Counted from the stretch's first letter, positions 8,068 to 20,163 are shown. The stretch is DNA of 64,000 nucleotides from Thermoanaerobaculia bacterium (GCA_963816185.1 CAWFJJ010000024.1:352001-416000); one strand, 5' to 3'. Notes: a model not told the origin generated them from the sequence alone. Translations and numbers: made by a program.

Positions 8068-10726
8068 ATGAGCCTGTTGCCCGGCACCCCTCTCGGCCCC
8101 TACGAGATCATCTCGCCCCTCGGGACGGGCGGGATGGGGGAGGTCTACCGGGCGAGGGACACGCGCCTCGCGAGAGATGTCGCGATCAAGATACTGCCGG
8201 AGGATTTCTTAGAGGGTGAAGAGGGGAAGGCAGCGATTTGAGCGGGAGGCGCGCCTCGCTGGCGGCGCTGAGCCACCCCAACGTCGCCGCCATCTTCATT
8301 CCTTCGAAGAAATCCCCGGGTCTTCTCCCCCTTCCCGCCACGTCCTCGTGATGGAGCTCCTCGAAGGGACGACGCTGCGCGACAAGCTGGACTCGGGGCC
8401 GATCGCCCAGCGGCAGGTCGTCGACTACGCCCTCCAGATCGCCAAAGGCCTTTCGGCGGCCCATGAGAAAGGAATCGTCCACCGGGACCTCAAGCCCGAG
8501 AACCTCTTTGTCTCGAAGGACGGTCACGTGAAGATCCTCGACTTCGGTCTGGCGAGAAGGATCGAGCAGGACAGGACCGGAGACGAGACCCGCACGCCGA
8601 CGGAATCGAAGCACACAGAACCGGGCGTCGTCATGGGGACGGTGGGCTACATGTCGCCCGAGCAGGTGCGTGGGCAGCGCGTGGACCACCGCTCGGACAT
8701 CTTCTCGTTCGGGGCGATCCTTTACGAGCTGCTCTCGGGGCAGAGGGCGTTCAAGAGAGACACGGCCGCCGACACCATGTCGGCGATCCTGAAGGAAGAG
8801 CCGCCGGAGCTTTCGGGATCGGGCCGGAACATCTCGCCCGCCCTCGATCGCGTCGTCACGCACTGCCTGGAGAAGGACCGGGGCAACCGATTTCAGTCCG
8901 CGAAGGACATCGCGTTCGCTCTGTCGGAGGCGTCGGGTCAGGCAACGAGCGGGGCACAGGGGAGGGCACCGTCCGCCGTCCCGACGAGAGCCCTCGCCGC
9001 CGTGGCAGCCGTTGCGGTCCTCGCCGTCGCAGGAATTCTCTTTCTTCGTCGTTCTCAAAAGGTCGCGACGGACGCGGGCGGCGTGAAGCGCGTGGCCGTC
9101 CTGCCGTTCGAGAACCTCGGCACACCCGAGGACGACTATTTCGCGGATGGCATCGCGGACGAAATTCGCGGGAAGCTGACATCCTTGTCCGGAGTTCAGG
9201 TGATCGCTCGAGGCAGCTCCACGCCCTACAAGAAAACGAGCAAGACGCAGAGGCAGATCGCCCAGGAGCTGGACGTCAGATACCTCTTGACCGCAACAGT
9301 GCGGTGGGAAAAGGGGACCGGCGCGAGCCGCGTCCACGTCAGCCCGGAGCTCGTCGAAGTCTCCGCTTCCGGAGCGCCGACGTCTAAGTGGCAGCAGCCG
9401 TTCGACGCGGCGCTGACGGACGTCTTCCAGGTGCAGTCCGACATCGCCTCGCGCGTGGCGCAGGCTCTCGGTGTAGCACTCGGCGCGGGCGACGAGAAAC
9501 GGCTCCTGGAGAAGCCCACACGGAACCTCGCCGCCTACGACGCCTTCCTCAAGGGCGAGGACGCCTCGAAAGGCATGGGAGTCATCGATCCGCCCAGCAT
9601 TCGGAAGGCGCTCGAGTTCTACGAGCAGGCCGTCGCGTTGGATCCCGACTTCGGGCAGGCGTGGGCACGAGTATCACAGGCCAGCTCGGGCCTGTATTTC
9701 TTCAGCACTCCCACACCCGTGCTGGCTGAGCGCGCGAAGCAGGCCGCGGAGAGGGCAGTCGTGCTCGATTCCGGCCGGCCCGAGGGGTATCTGGCGCGCG
9801 GCCTGTACGAGCGGCTGGTCGTCGGGGACTCGAACCGAGCCTTGGAGCAGTTCGCAAATGGACGACGGATTGCGCAGGGCGACAGCCATCTCCTCGGGGG
9901 AATCGCGCTGGCCGAGGAGGCTCTCGGACGATGGGAAGCGGCGGTGGAGCACTTCAGGCAGGCGGAGCGCCTCGATCCCCGCTCGCCCGGCCCCTCGGGC
10001 GCTTTCAGCGACCTGCTCGTCCGTCTGCGACGGTACCGCGAGGCGCGCCAAGCCTGTGATCGGGGGCTAGCCTTCGCGCCCGCCAACCTGACCCTGATTG
10101 AGACAAAGGCCATGACGTTCCTCGGGGAGGGAGACCTGGCCGGTGCCAGGGCCACGCTGAAGGCCGCGCCGGCAGGCGTCGAGCCCACCGCACTCGTGGC
10201 CTACGTGGCGACCTACAACGATCTGGTTTGGGTGCTCGACGAGCAGCAGCGCGGGCTGCTCTTGCGGCTGACGCCACACGCATTCGACGACGACCGGGGC
10301 GTTTGGGGACTCTGCCTCACCCAGGCCTGCGCCTTGCTGGGCGATGCGACGAACGCTCGTATCTACGCCGAAGAGGCGAGAAGGACTTTCGAGGAGCAGC
10401 TCGGCGCGGCGGCGGGGGATTCACAGCGTCACGTCGTTCTCGGCCTCGCGCTGGCTTACCTCGGCCGGAAAGAGGAAGCGATTCGGGAAGGCGAGCGCAG
10501 TGTCGCTCTGCTGCCCTTGACCAAGGATGCAGCCGCAGCCCCCTACAACCAGCACCAGCTCGCCCGCATCTACATGCTCGTCGGCGAACAGGAAAAGGCC
10601 CTCGACGTGCTGGAGCCGCTTCTGACGATCCCCTACTACCTGTCGCCCGGCTGGCTCAGGATCGACCCCAACTTCGACCCGCTGCGAAAAAACCCGAGGT
10701 TCCAGAAGCTCGTGGCGGGGAAGTAG
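8068..10726 (+). CDS. Hanks-type Ser/Thr kinase with TM segment, TolB-N-like domain and TPRs; three apparent frameshifts at ~8225-8300
   Basis: ATG 8068 gives [41 protein letters not shown]; RQRFEREAR and [12 protein letters not shown] follow in other frames; then [32 protein letters not shown]. Confidence 0.85.
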
Positions 10727-10790
10727 GCGAGGCGCCGCTCCAGCCAGCAGGGGGGCTTGTCATATCCTCCGTTCCCATCGGAGGTAACAC

Positions 10791-12824
10791 GTGGCTTCTG
10801 AAGTCTCTCCCGTGAAGCTGACGCACCGCGTCTGCACTCTGTTCGTGCTCGCAGCGCTCTCAAGCGCGCTTCTCTTCGCGCAGCCCGCGACCGCGCAGGC
10901 TCCGGCCGCGAAGGCCGCTCCCACGCCGCCGCCGCCGCCCGTCATGTACCCCGCGTTGCCGAGCGAGATGCCGGCGAGCTTCGTGCCGACGTACGACGGC
11001 TTCGACTACGTGAGGCGCGAGGTGATGATCCCGATGCGCGACGGCGTCAGGCTGCACACGGTCATCCTCGTGCCGAAGTCGGCCCTCGGCGCGAAGAAGG
11101 CGCCGATCCTCCTCACGCGGACGCCCTACGACGCCGACAAGCTCACGACGATCAACGAGAGCTCCCACCTCGGCATGTCGCTCGACGGCTACGACAACCC
11201 CGTCGAGACGATCGTCGAGGGCGGCTACATCCGCGTCGTCCAGGACGTGCGCGGCAAGCACGGCTCCGAGGGCGACTACGTGATGAACCGCCCCGTGCAC
11301 GGGCCGCTGAACCCGACGCCCGTCGACCACGCGACGGACACGTACGACACGATCGACTGGCTCGTGAAGAACGTCCCGGAGACGAACGGCAAGGTGGGGA
11401 TCCTCGGGATCTCGTACGACGGATTCCTGCCGCTCATGGCGCTCGTGAACCCGCACCCCGCGCTCAAGGTCTCCGTGCCGATGAACCCGATGGTGGACGG
11501 CTGGATGGGCGACGACTGGTTCCACAACGGCGCCTTCCGCCAGCTCGGGATTTCGTATTTCTACGATCAGGAAGCGGACCGCAAGTCGGAGAAGAAGTGG
11601 TGGACGAGCCACTTCGACGACTACGACACGTTCATGGAAGCGGGGTCGGCGGGAGAGCTCGGCCGCCGCCGGGGCCTGGAGCAGGTCGGGATGTGGCGAA
11701 AGGTCCTCGCGCATCCGAGCTACGACGCCTTCTGGCGCGATCAGGCCGTCGACAAGGTCCTCGCGGCGCTGCCGCTGAAAGTGCCCGTGATGCTGGTACA
11801 CAGCCTGTGGGATCAGGAGGACATTTACGGCGCGACCGCCGTGTACAAGGCGATCAAGCCCAAAGATACGGGCAACGACAAAGTGTTCCTCGTGATGGGG
11901 CCCTGGTATCACGGCGAGGAGATTCGCGACGGAAGCACTCTCGGTGCGATCAAGTTCGACAGCGACACGGCTCTCACGTTCCGGCGCGAGATCCTTCGGC
12001 CTTTCCTCGACCAGTACCTCGTGGACGGCGCTCCGAAGGCAAACCTCGCACCCGTCACGGCGTTCGAGACCGGGACGAACACGTGGCGTCGGCTTCCTGC
12101 ATGGCCGGCCGGGTGCGCGAGCGGATGCACGGTGAAGGCGACGCCGCTCTATCTCGCCTCCGGGTCCAAGCTCAGCTTCGCCGCGCCGAAGCCGGGCGAC
12201 GGGGCGTTCGAGGAATACGTCTCCGATCCCGCCAGGCCCGTGCCCTTCGTCGCGCGCCCTGTCGTCCCGAACAGCTTCGACAAGGGCACCCAGTGGCGCG
12301 GATGGCTCGTGAGCGATCAGCGGGAGGCGTCCGGACGCCCGGACGTCGCCGTGTTCGAGTCGGACGTCCTGACCGAGCCGCTCAAGATCAGCGGACAGCC
12401 GATCGCGAACCTGGTCGCCTCGACGAGCGGAACGGACTCCGATTGGGTGGTCAAGCTGATCGACGTCTACCCCGACGAAGTCGCGGGCCAGCCGCCGATG
12501 GGCGGGTATCAGCTCGCGGTCTCGATGGACATCTTCCGCGGCCGGTACCGCGAGAGCTTCGAGACGCCGAAGGCGATCGAGGCCGGCAAGGCGCTCCTCT
12601 ACCGCTTCGCGCTCCCGAACGCGAACCACGTCTTCCTGCCGGGACACCGTGTGATGGTGCAGGTGCAGTCGAGCTGGTTCCCTCTCTACGACCGCAACCC
12701 GCAGACGTTCGTCCCGAGCATCTTCTGGGCGAAGCCCGGGGACTACAGGAAAGCCACGCAGCGGATCTACCACGCCCCGGGACAGGCGAGCTTCATCGAG
12801 CTGCCGCTGGTGACGACGCCCTGA
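10791..12824 (+). CDS. CocE/NonD family hydrolase (alpha-amino-acid ester hydrolase / glutaryl-7-ACA acylase-like), secreted
   Basis: IPMRDGVRLHT, LTRTPY, QDVRGKHGSEG, nucleophile GISYDG, MGDDWFHNGAFR, SSWFPLYDRNPQTF. Confidence 0.92.
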   Translation: MASEVSPVKLTHRVCTLFVLAALSSALLFAQPATAQAPAAKAAPTPPPPPVMYPALPSEMPASFVPTYDGFDYVRREVMIPMRDGVRLHTVILVPKSALGAKKAPILLTRTPYDADKLTTINESSHLGMSLDGYDNPVETIVEGGYIRVVQDVRGKHGSEGDYVMNRPVHGPLNPTPVDHATDTYDTIDWLVKNVPETNGKVGILGISYDGFLPLMALVNPHPALKVSVPMNPMVDGWMGDDWFHNGAFRQLGISYFYDQEADRKSEKKWWTSHFDDYDTFMEAGSAGELGRRRGLEQVGMWRKVLAHPSYDAFWRDQAVDKVLAALPLKVPVMLVHSLWDQEDIYGATAVYKAIKPKDTGNDKVFLVMGPWYHGEEIRDGSTLGAIKFDSDTALTFRREILRPFLDQYLVDGAPKANLAPVTAFETGTNTWRRLPAWPAGCASGCTVKATPLYLASGSKLSFAAPKPGDGAFEEYVSDPARPVPFVARPVVPNSFDKGTQWRGWLVSDQREASGRPDVAVFESDVLTEPLKISGQPIANLVASTSGTDSDWVVKLIDVYPDEVAGQPPMGGYQLAVSMDIFRGRYRESFETPKAIEAGKALLYRFALPNANHVFLPGHRVMVQVQSSWFPLYDRNPQTFVPSIFWAKPGDYRKATQRIYHAPGQASFIELPLVTTP

Positions 12825-12850
12825 TCCGGACCGTCTAATATTGACCCGTC

Positions 12851-13357
12851 ATGAGAAAGAACCTCGCCGCACTCGTCCTCCTTACGGCCGCCGGCGGGGC
12901 CGCCGCCCAGGTCAATCCGGGCGGCAAGATCGTGGAGACCAAGGACGGAATCGTCTTTCAGAGGAACACGCCGGCCCCCCGGCCCACGCCGTCGAGGGCG
13001 GATCGTTCTTCGGACGCCGGCGGCGGACTCGTGACCGTCACGCCCGCGCGCGGCCCGACGGGCCCGGCCGTCGTGAACGCGGCCTTCGTCACGTTCCGGG
13101 GCACGGTCGTGCGGATCGAAAAGGGCACGGCGATCACCATTCTCGACGGCCACACCGGAAGGGAACGGCGTTTGCTGCTCGCCAAGGCCGCGGTCGTTGC
13201 CGAGGGAATCAAGAAAGGCGATGTGGTCGCCCTGCGTGTCCCGCTCGAAGAGGGCTCCGGCGCCCGCACGGCCGATCGGGTGGATCTGCAGAAGGCGCCC
13301 GTCGTGACGGATCAGAAGTCGAAGTTCACGCAGGCGCAGGCGCCCGCGACCCGCTGA
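12851..13357 (+). CDS. Secreted hypothetical protein with probable small OB-fold-like domain
   Basis: Signal peptide ending AAA-Q; [16 protein letters not shown]...[11 protein letters not shown]...ADRVDL. Confidence 0.55.
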   Translation: MRKNLAALVLLTAAGGAAAQVNPGGKIVETKDGIVFQRNTPAPRPTPSRADRSSDAGGGLVTVTPARGPTGPAVVNAAFVTFRGTVVRIEKGTAITILDGHTGRERRLLLAKAAVVAEGIKKGDVVALRVPLEEGSGARTADRVDLQKAPVVTDQKSKFTQAQAPATR

Positions 13358-13370
13358 TCGGCTGCTCGCC

Positions 13371-15299
13371 GTGACGGATGTCGCTGCGCACAAGGCCCTG
13401 GAGGGCGTGCCGGGGCGTCCGGAGCAGCTTCTCCAGCTCGTCATCGACTCCATCCCGCAACGCGTCTTCTGGAAAGACCGGAACTGCGTCTACCTCGGCT
13501 GTAACCGGTCGTTCGCGCGCGATGCGGGCCTGGACGACCCCTCGCTCATCGTCGGCAAGAACGACTTCGAGCTCGCGTGGAAGGCCACCGCGCATCTCTA
13601 CGTCGCGGACGATCGTCTCGTCATGGAGTCGAACATCGCGAAGGTGGACATCGAGGAGCCGATGACGTTCACGGACGGGCGGACGATCTGGCTCCGGACG
13701 AGCAAGGTCCCGCTGCGCGACGCGGGCGGCGCCGTCTTCGGCATCCTCGGCACGTACGAGGACATCACCGAACAAAAGCGGGCCGAAGCCGAACGGACCC
13801 GCCTCGCGGAGATCGTGGAACAGGCGAGCGAGGGCGTCGTCATGACGGACGTCCTGGGAAACATCACGTACGTCAATCCGGCCTTCGAGAGGGTCTCCGG
13901 GTACAGCCGTGAGGAAGCGGTGGGGAAGAACCCCCGCTTCCTCCAGGGCGGCCGTCGGGACCGGAAGTTCTACGCGGAGCTCTGGGAGACCATCAAAGGC
14001 GGTGGCATCTGGTCGGGACATTTCGTCAACAAACGGAAGGACGGGTCGCTCTTCGAAGAGGAGGGCACGATCTTCCCCGTACGCGACCATGCGGGCCAGA
14101 TCGTGAGCTACGTCGCGCTCAAGAGGGACGTGACTCACGAGATCCGGCTGAAGGAGCAGCTTCAGCAGGCCCAGAAGATGGAGTCCGTGGGCCAGCTCGC
14201 CGGCGGGATCGCTCACGATTTCAACAACCTTCTCACGGCCATCCTGGGTTTCTGCGAGCTCATCCTGGGAGACGAGAAGTCCTCCCATCGAAGCGAGCTC
14301 GAGGAGATCAAGCACGCGGGCGAGCGGGCCGCCGCGTTGACGCGGCAGCTCCTCGCCTTCAGCCGGAAACAGGTTTTCCACCTCGAGCTGCTCGACCTGA
14401 ACGACGTCGTCGTGAACATGGAGACGATGCTCCGCCGGTTGATCGGCGAGGACGTGCGGCTCACGAGCACGCTCTCGTCGAAAATCGGCCTCGTGAGAGC
14501 CGACCGCTCGCAGATCGAGCAGGTTCTCCTGAACCTCGCGGTGAACGCGCGCGACGCGATGCCCGGCGGAGGCGTGCTGAGGATCGAGACCTCGGTCGAG
14601 GAGGTCAGCGAGGAGCTCGCGGCGGCGCACGCGCCCTGCGCGCCCGGCCGGTTCGTGGTGCTCAACGTCTCCGACACCGGCTGCGGGATGGATGCCGAGA
14701 CGCAGCACCGGGTCTTCGAGCCTTTCTTCACGACGAAGCCGAAGGGAAAGGGGACCGGCCTCGGCCTCGCAACGGTGTACGGCATCGTGACGCAGAGCGG
14801 GGGCTTCGTCTCGTTCTCGAGCGAACCGCGGAAGGGGACGAGCTTCCGCGTCTACCTGCCCTGCGCCATGGAGCCCGCCGCGATGAAGATGCTCTCCGGG
14901 TCGTATCCTCCGGCCTCGCCGCGGGGAACCGAGACGATCCTCATGGTCGAGGACGACGACGGCGTCCGCCGTCTCGGGTGCCAGGTGCTGGAGAAGCTCG
15001 GGTACACGGTCCTGTGCGCGGAGTCGGGGCATCAGGCCCTCGATCTCGCGCGGGATCACGAGGGGAAGATCGACCTCGTCCTGACCGACGTCGTGATGCC
15101 GGAGATGAGCGGCCGCGAGGTCGAACGGCGTCTCGCGGAGGCCGGACACGCGGCGCGCGTCCTTTTCATGTCGGGATACTCCGACGACGCCATCCTCCAG
15201 CACGGCGTCCTGGAAACCGGGGTCGCATTTCTCCAGAAGCCGTTCACGCCCGACGCTCTCGGGCGCAAGGTCCGTGAAGTGCTGGACGCTCCCGGATAG
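13371..15299 (+). CDS. Cytoplasmic hybrid sensor histidine kinase (PAS-PAS-HisKA-HATPase-receiver, CckA-like)
   Basis: Two PAS/PAC domains; [12 protein letters not shown]; [10 protein letters not shown]; [14 protein letters not shown]; receiver [17 protein letters not shown]. Confidence 0.93.
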   Translation: MTDVAAHKALEGVPGRPEQLLQLVIDSIPQRVFWKDRNCVYLGCNRSFARDAGLDDPSLIVGKNDFELAWKATAHLYVADDRLVMESNIAKVDIEEPMTFTDGRTIWLRTSKVPLRDAGGAVFGILGTYEDITEQKRAEAERTRLAEIVEQASEGVVMTDVLGNITYVNPAFERVSGYSREEAVGKNPRFLQGGRRDRKFYAELWETIKGGGIWSGHFVNKRKDGSLFEEEGTIFPVRDHAGQIVSYVALKRDVTHEIRLKEQLQQAQKMESVGQLAGGIAHDFNNLLTAILGFCELILGDEKSSHRSELEEIKHAGERAAALTRQLLAFSRKQVFHLELLDLNDVVVNMETMLRRLIGEDVRLTSTLSSKIGLVRADRSQIEQVLLNLAVNARDAMPGGGVLRIETSVEEVSEELAAAHAPCAPGRFVVLNVSDTGCGMDAETQHRVFEPFFTTKPKGKGTGLGLATVYGIVTQSGGFVSFSSEPRKGTSFRVYLPCAMEPAAMKMLSGSYPPASPRGTETILMVEDDDGVRRLGCQVLEKLGYTVLCAESGHQALDLARDHEGKIDLVLTDVVMPEMSGREVERRLAEAGHAARVLFMSGYSDDAILQHGVLETGVAFLQKPFTPDALGRKVREVLDAPG

Positions 15300-15416
15300 C
15301 GTGGAGGAGAGGCTCTCATGTTCGTCTGTCGGTGGCATCTCGACGAGGCGCTTGCGCCATTCATCCTTCCGGGCTCAACGCCGGGAGGTTTTTCGCGTCC
15401 TCGCCTGAACCCTTCT

Positions 15417-15425
15417 TGATAAGAT
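15417..15425 (+). promoter_or_regulatory. Putative extended -10 promoter (TGnTAAGAT) of the PspA operon
   Basis: TGATAAGAT ends 10 nt before ATG 15436; no Shine-Dalgarno in between. Confidence 0.4.
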
Positions 15426-15435
15426 TTGCCGTTCC

Positions 15436-16059
15436 ATGAGCGAAAAGAAGAACTGGGGCTCGACGGTCCTCGGGTGGTTTGTCGTGAAGGAGGACGGAGC
15501 GCCGGGCGACGCGTCTCCTCCGGACGATTCGCCTCCGCCGGCGGCTCCGGAGCCCCCGGCCTTCGTGAAGGAGCCTCCGGCCGCGCCGGGAGGGCAGGTG
15601 GACTTTCCGAAAGTCTACGAGGCCGCCGGTCTGGACGCCGAGGAGCAGGGCCGCGTTGCGAAGGCGGCCGAGCTCCTCGCGGCGCTGCCGGCCGCAACCG
15701 AGCCGGCGATCAAGAAGCAGATCGTCGAGGCCTCGCTGAAGGCGTTCGGAGTGCCGATCGAGAAGATCATCGAAGGCGCCGTGCAGGAGATCCAGGCGCT
15801 CGAGGCCTACATCCGCGCCGGCTCGCTCGACACGCAGAACGTGCACGAGGAGTCCGAGAAACGCATCCGGCAGTTCGAGGGCGAGATCGGGCGCATCAAG
15901 TCGGTCATGGAGAGCCGCACACAGGAGCAGCTGGCCGTGGCCGCGGCGTGCAACGAGAGGAAGCTCGGCATCCAGAAGGTCCTCGAGTTCTTCGGTCAGG
16001 AAACGGTCGCACGCGTCGTCCGCGACTCGCCGAAGCTCGTCGAGCCGCAGGGTTCGTGA
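15436..16059 (+). CDS. Conserved hypothetical helical/coiled-coil protein, first gene of the PspA-ABC-AAA operon
   Basis: Short amphipathic N-terminus ([10 protein letters not shown]), Pro-rich linker, helical C-terminal region; good codon pattern. Confidence 0.75.
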   Translation: MSEKKNWGSTVLGWFVVKEDGAPGDASPPDDSPPPAAPEPPAFVKEPPAAPGGQVDFPKVYEAAGLDAEEQGRVAKAAELLAALPAATEPAIKKQIVEASLKAFGVPIEKIIEGAVQEIQALEAYIRAGSLDTQNVHEESEKRIRQFEGEIGRIKSVMESRTQEQLAVAAACNERKLGIQKVLEFFGQETVARVVRDSPKLVEPQGS

Positions 16060-16075
16060 AAGGAAAGGACATCAC

Positions 16076-16789
16076 ATGGCGGACATCGGTTTCTTCCATC
16101 GTCTGGGGAACATCTGGCGGGGCTTCCTGTCGATCTGGATTTCCAACGTCGAGAAGGAGCACCCCGAGATCGCGTACGAGAACGCGATCAACTCGATGGT
16201 GGAGAAGTACGCGAAGCTCAAGTCGGCCACGGCGGCCATCATCCGGCGCCGCGAGGACATCGACGAGCGCCTGAAGAAGTGCACGAAGGACCTCGCCCAG
16301 ACCGAGCTCGAGCTGAACGCCGCCGTCGAGACGAACCAGGACGATCTGGCCGTGGTTCTCATCCAGCGGAAGAACGCGCTCACGGCCGAGTCCACCGAGA
16401 TGCAAGGCGACCTCGGGACGGCGAGCAAGGACGCCGACGCCGCCAAGGCGTCGCTCCTCAACGTGCAGGGCGAGATCCGGAAGCTCAAGGCCGAGCGCGA
16501 CGTCATGCTCGCGAGAATGCAATCGGCCCAGGCGCGCCTGAGGATTCAGGAACAGCTCGACGGCCTCTCGGTCGACGCCGACGTCAAGGCGCTCGACAAC
16601 GTGCGTGAGCACATCAAGAACACGATCGCCGAGGCGAACCTCGGCCAGGAGCTCGCGGGGACCTCGCTCGACGCGCGCCTCGCGGCCCTGAAGACACAGG
16701 CTGGCGACGTCCAGGCGAGGCAGCAGCTCGCCGAGCTGAAGGCGAAGAAGGCCGCCCAGCAGGCCGCCCAGCCCCAGAAGACGATGTAA
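16076..16789 (+). CDS. pspA: PspA/IM30 (Vipp1) family protein, ESCRT-III superfamily
   Basis: N-terminal amphipathic helix [18 protein letters not shown] (E-xP-E), long coiled coil, [19 protein letters not shown]...[10 protein letters not shown] tail. Confidence 0.85.
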   Translation: MADIGFFHRLGNIWRGFLSIWISNVEKEHPEIAYENAINSMVEKYAKLKSATAAIIRRREDIDERLKKCTKDLAQTELELNAAVETNQDDLAVVLIQRKNALTAESTEMQGDLGTASKDADAAKASLLNVQGEIRKLKAERDVMLARMQSAQARLRIQEQLDGLSVDADVKALDNVREHIKNTIAEANLGQELAGTSLDARLAALKTQAGDVQARQQLAELKAKKAAQQAAQPQKTM

Positions 16790-16800
16790 GGAAGGTCCCC

Positions 16801-18444
16801 ATGAAGCTCACACCGTTCGCCAAGTTCTTCATCACCGTCGTCATCCTCGGCGTCATCGGATACGCCTTGTGGCATTACAAGAGTCTGGACATCCGAAAGT
16901 GGGCGGGCGCGGACAAGGGCGGCACGACCACGGCCGCGAAGTCCGGGAGCGGCGTCTCGTCCGACGACTTCAACGCGCTCCGGAACGCCCCGCCCGACCC
17001 CGAGCGGGGCAAGGGCGCGGCGGGGGTGTCGGGCGCGGCTCTCGCCGGCTCCGGAAGGCTCAGCCGGCCGCTGGTCGTGGCGATCAACACGTGGGCCGGG
17101 CATGCGCCGGGCATCGTGGCCGCGAACGGCATGTCGAGCAGCGCGAACTCGCGCTACAAGCAGACGTACGGCCTGGACGTGAAGTTCGTCCTTCTCGAGG
17201 ATCCGGCCGCCAAGCTCGCGGCCTTCCGCAAGGGCGACGTCGACATCATGTGGAATACCGTGGACAACTGGGCCCGGGAGGCCTCGATTCTCGCCGAGCA
17301 GAACCAGAAGGCGAAGTCCGTCATGATGCAGGACTGGTCGCGCGGAGGCGACGGCATCGTGTCGCTTTCGACGATCAAGTCCGTCGAGGATCTCAAGGGC
17401 CACAAGATCTCGTGCACGCAGTTCACGCCCTCGCACTTCCTGCTGCTCTATCTCCTCGCGCAGTCGGGCCTCTCTTCCGACGACCGCGCGGCGCTCGAAA
17501 AGAACATCATCTTCACGCAGGACGCGCCGGCGGCCGCCGCCATGTTCAAGGCGAAGCAGGTGGACGCGGCCGTCACGTGGGAGCCGGATCTCTCGGCGGC
17601 GGTCACGGCGCGGGGCGACGAGGCGCACGTGCTCGTCTCCACGACGGCGGCCACGAACATCATCGCGGACACGCTCTGCGCTCGGCAGGATCTCATCGAC
17701 AAGGCTCCCGACACGCTGCGCGACTTCATCCACGGCTGGTTCGACGGCATCGAGATGATCAAGTCCGACCCGAACGGGGCGTACGCGGTCGTCGCCAAGG
17801 CGCTGAAGCTCGACACGGACACCGTGTCCGGGATGCTCTCCGGCCTGAAGCTCACGCCCTATGCCGACAACGCGCAGTTCTACGGCCTCGCGGGCGGGAA
17901 GGCCCACTACGAGACGCTCTTCGACACGGCCTTCGTCATCTGGCGGAAGAAGGGGCTCGTGACGAGGCCGGTCGAGGCGAGGGACTGGGCCGACACGCGC
18001 TTCCTGTCGGCGCTCGCGGCGAACTACCCGCAGCAGAAGGTCGAGGAGCCGAAGATCGCCGCGAAGGCGCCCTCGTCGAAGGACCGCGCGATCCTCAACA
18101 AGCAGATCCAGATCCACTTCACGCCGGGCTCCGACGAGATCATGCCGGGCTCCAACTTCGTCCTCGATGCCCTCGGCGAGACGATGACGTCGTTCGGAAA
18201 CACGTATCTGCGCGTGGAAGGGAACACGGACGCCACGGGCAACCCGACCTCCAACATGTCGCTTTCCGAGCGGCGCGCCCTCGCGGTGAAGAACTACGTC
18301 CTGAAGAACTTCCCGAACATCCCGCCGCAGCGCTTCCAGACGATCGGGCGCGGCTCGACGCAGCCCGTGGCTCCGAACACGACGGAGACGGGACGGCAGC
18401 TCAACCGGCGCACGGACATCAAGGTCGTGCTCGCGAGTGAGTGA
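16801..18444 (+). CDS. ABC substrate-binding protein (NMT1/SsuA/TauA-like) fused to C-terminal OmpA-like peptidoglycan-binding domain
   Basis: N-terminal TM anchor; [34 protein letters not shown]; OmpA motifs [28 protein letters not shown]. Confidence 0.88.
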   Translation: MKLTPFAKFFITVVILGVIGYALWHYKSLDIRKWAGADKGGTTTAAKSGSGVSSDDFNALRNAPPDPERGKGAAGVSGAALAGSGRLSRPLVVAINTWAGHAPGIVAANGMSSSANSRYKQTYGLDVKFVLLEDPAAKLAAFRKGDVDIMWNTVDNWAREASILAEQNQKAKSVMMQDWSRGGDGIVSLSTIKSVEDLKGHKISCTQFTPSHFLLLYLLAQSGLSSDDRAALEKNIIFTQDAPAAAAMFKAKQVDAAVTWEPDLSAAVTARGDEAHVLVSTTAATNIIADTLCARQDLIDKAPDTLRDFIHGWFDGIEMIKSDPNGAYAVVAKALKLDTDTVSGMLSGLKLTPYADNAQFYGLAGGKAHYETLFDTAFVIWRKKGLVTRPVEARDWADTRFLSALAANYPQQKVEEPKIAAKAPSSKDRAILNKQIQIHFTPGSDEIMPGSNFVLDALGETMTSFGNTYLRVEGNTDATGNPTSNMSLSERRALAVKNYVLKNFPNIPPQRFQTIGRGSTQPVAPNTTETGRQLNRRTDIKVVLASE

Positions 18445-19249
18445 GAAGAAGCGCAAGAGGAGCGAGCTCTTCCAGCTCCGCGCCCCGCTGCCGCGCCCGA
18501 CGGCGTTCGTCCTCGGGCTCGTCGCGCCGGCGCTCGTCCTCGGGGCATGGTGCGTGGCCTCTTACGGAGGTCTCGCGCCGCCCGACTTTCTGCCGTCGCC
18601 GTCCGAGGTCGTGCGCGGCACGGTGCAGCTCTTCCTGCAGTACGACCTCGGTGAGGCCGTCCTCGTCTCCACGCGCCGCATCCTCCTCGCGTTTTTTCTG
18701 GCTTCGGCGCTGGCCCTCCCGCTCGGCATCCTGATGGGAGCCTTCGAGCCCGTGAACCGGTTCTTCGAGCCGGTCGTCGCTCCGCTCCGGTACATGCCGA
18801 TCTCGGCGTTCATCCCGCTCCTCATCCTCTGGTTCGGGATCTACGAAAAACAGAAGATCGCGTTCCTGTTCCTCGGGGTCTTCGTGTATCTCCTGCCGGT
18901 CGTCGTGACGGCCATCCGAGCCGTTCCCGACGAGCTCGTGCAGACGGCGCTCACCCTGGGAGCCACGCGCACGCAGGTCGTCCGTACGGTGCTGCTGCCG
19001 TCCGCGCTCCCCGAGATCTTCGACTCCTTCCGCGTCATGAACGCCATCTCCTGGACGTACGTCATCCTCGCCGAGGCCGTGAACCCAGAGCGCGGCCTGG
19101 GCTATATGGTCGAGCTGGCGCGCACGCATCAGAAAGCCTCGTGGTCCTTCGCGGGCCTTCTCGTCATCGGCGGCATCGGCCTCCTGACGGACTTCGTCAT
19201 CCGCACGGTCTCGCGGATCCTCTTCCGGTGGCGGGAGGTCGAGGCGTGA
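18437..19249 (+). CDS. ABC transporter permease (SsuC/TauC-like)
   Basis: [29 protein letters not shown]-like loop [19 protein letters not shown]; overlaps upstream gene. Confidence 0.92.
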   Translation: MSEKKRKRSELFQLRAPLPRPTAFVLGLVAPALVLGAWCVASYGGLAPPDFLPSPSEVVRGTVQLFLQYDLGEAVLVSTRRILLAFFLASALALPLGILMGAFEPVNRFFEPVVAPLRYMPISAFIPLLILWFGIYEKQKIAFLFLGVFVYLLPVVVTAIRAVPDELVQTALTLGATRTQVVRTVLLPSALPEIFDSFRVMNAISWTYVILAEAVNPERGLGYMVELARTHQKASWSFAGLLVIGGIGLLTDFVIRTVSRILFRWREVEA

Positions 19250-20142
19250 AGGAGGACGACGCGCCGAAGCCGGTACCCCAGGCGGGCGAGCCGGGCACCG
19301 TCGCCGTCGACGTCGGCCCCGCGGGTCAGAAGAGACCCACCTATCGCGCCGACCTGAAGGGTACGCCGCCGAAGCTGCGCGTCGCGGACCTTTCGGTCAC
19401 CTACGTCAACCGCGATGGCGACGGCACCGAGGCCGTGCGAGACGTCTCTTTCGACGTGGAGGACAAGCCCGGGGTGGGCGAGGTGGTGGTGTTCCTCGGG
19501 CCCTCGGGCTGCGGCAAGTCCACGATCCTGAAGGCGGTCGCGGGGCTCCTCCCTCCCACTAAAGGCGAGATCCTCGTCGACGGAAGCGCCGTGACCGGCG
19601 TCGGAAAAGACCGCGGCATGGTCTTCCAGGCCTACACGTCGTTCGGGTGGCTGACCGTGCGCGACAACGTGGAGTACGGCCTGAAGCTGCAGGGTGTGCC
19701 CGCCAACGAGCGCGTCGCGCGGTCGGACAAATACCTCAGGTCCGTCGGCCTCATGGACTTCGCCGACCGGTATCCGAAGGATCTCTCGGGCGGCATGAAA
19801 CAGCGCGTCGCCATCGCGCGCACGCTCATCAACCGCCCGCGCGTCATCCTGATGGACGAGCCGTTCGGGGCGCTCGACCCGCAGACGCGCTGGGGGATGC
19901 AGGGTCTCCTCCTCGACGTCTCGCGCACCGAGGATCCGACGATCCTGTTCGTGACGCACGACGTCTCGGAGGCCGTCTACCTCGCGGATACCGTGTACAT
20001 CCTGTCCTCGCGCCCGGCGCGGCTCCTGCATCGCGTGGACGTGCCGTACTTCCCGGTGAGGAACATCGAGCTGAAGTCGGCGTCCGAGTTCCGGGCGGTC
20101 GAGAAGAAGCTCCTCGACCTTCTGTATACACAGGCGTCCTAG
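19246..20142 (+). CDS. ABC transporter ATP-binding protein (SsuB/TauB-like)
   Basis: GTG overlapping permease stop; Walker A GPSGCGKST, LSGGMKQR, ILMDEPFGALD, VTHD. Confidence 0.93.
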   Translation: MKEDDAPKPVPQAGEPGTVAVDVGPAGQKRPTYRADLKGTPPKLRVADLSVTYVNRDGDGTEAVRDVSFDVEDKPGVGEVVVFLGPSGCGKSTILKAVAGLLPPTKGEILVDGSAVTGVGKDRGMVFQAYTSFGWLTVRDNVEYGLKLQGVPANERVARSDKYLRSVGLMDFADRYPKDLSGGMKQRVAIARTLINRPRVILMDEPFGALDPQTRWGMQGLLLDVSRTEDPTILFVTHDVSEAVYLADTVYILSSRPARLLHRVDVPYFPVRNIELKSASEFRAVEKKLLDLLYTQAS

Positions 20143-20163
20143 GGCGCATTATTGGGTCGTCCC

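Noticed and set aside
13371-15299. Hybrid kinase as the regulator of the PspA operon
   Set aside because: Only adjacency supports this; a 136-bp gap with its own promoter-like element separates them, and such kinases are common.
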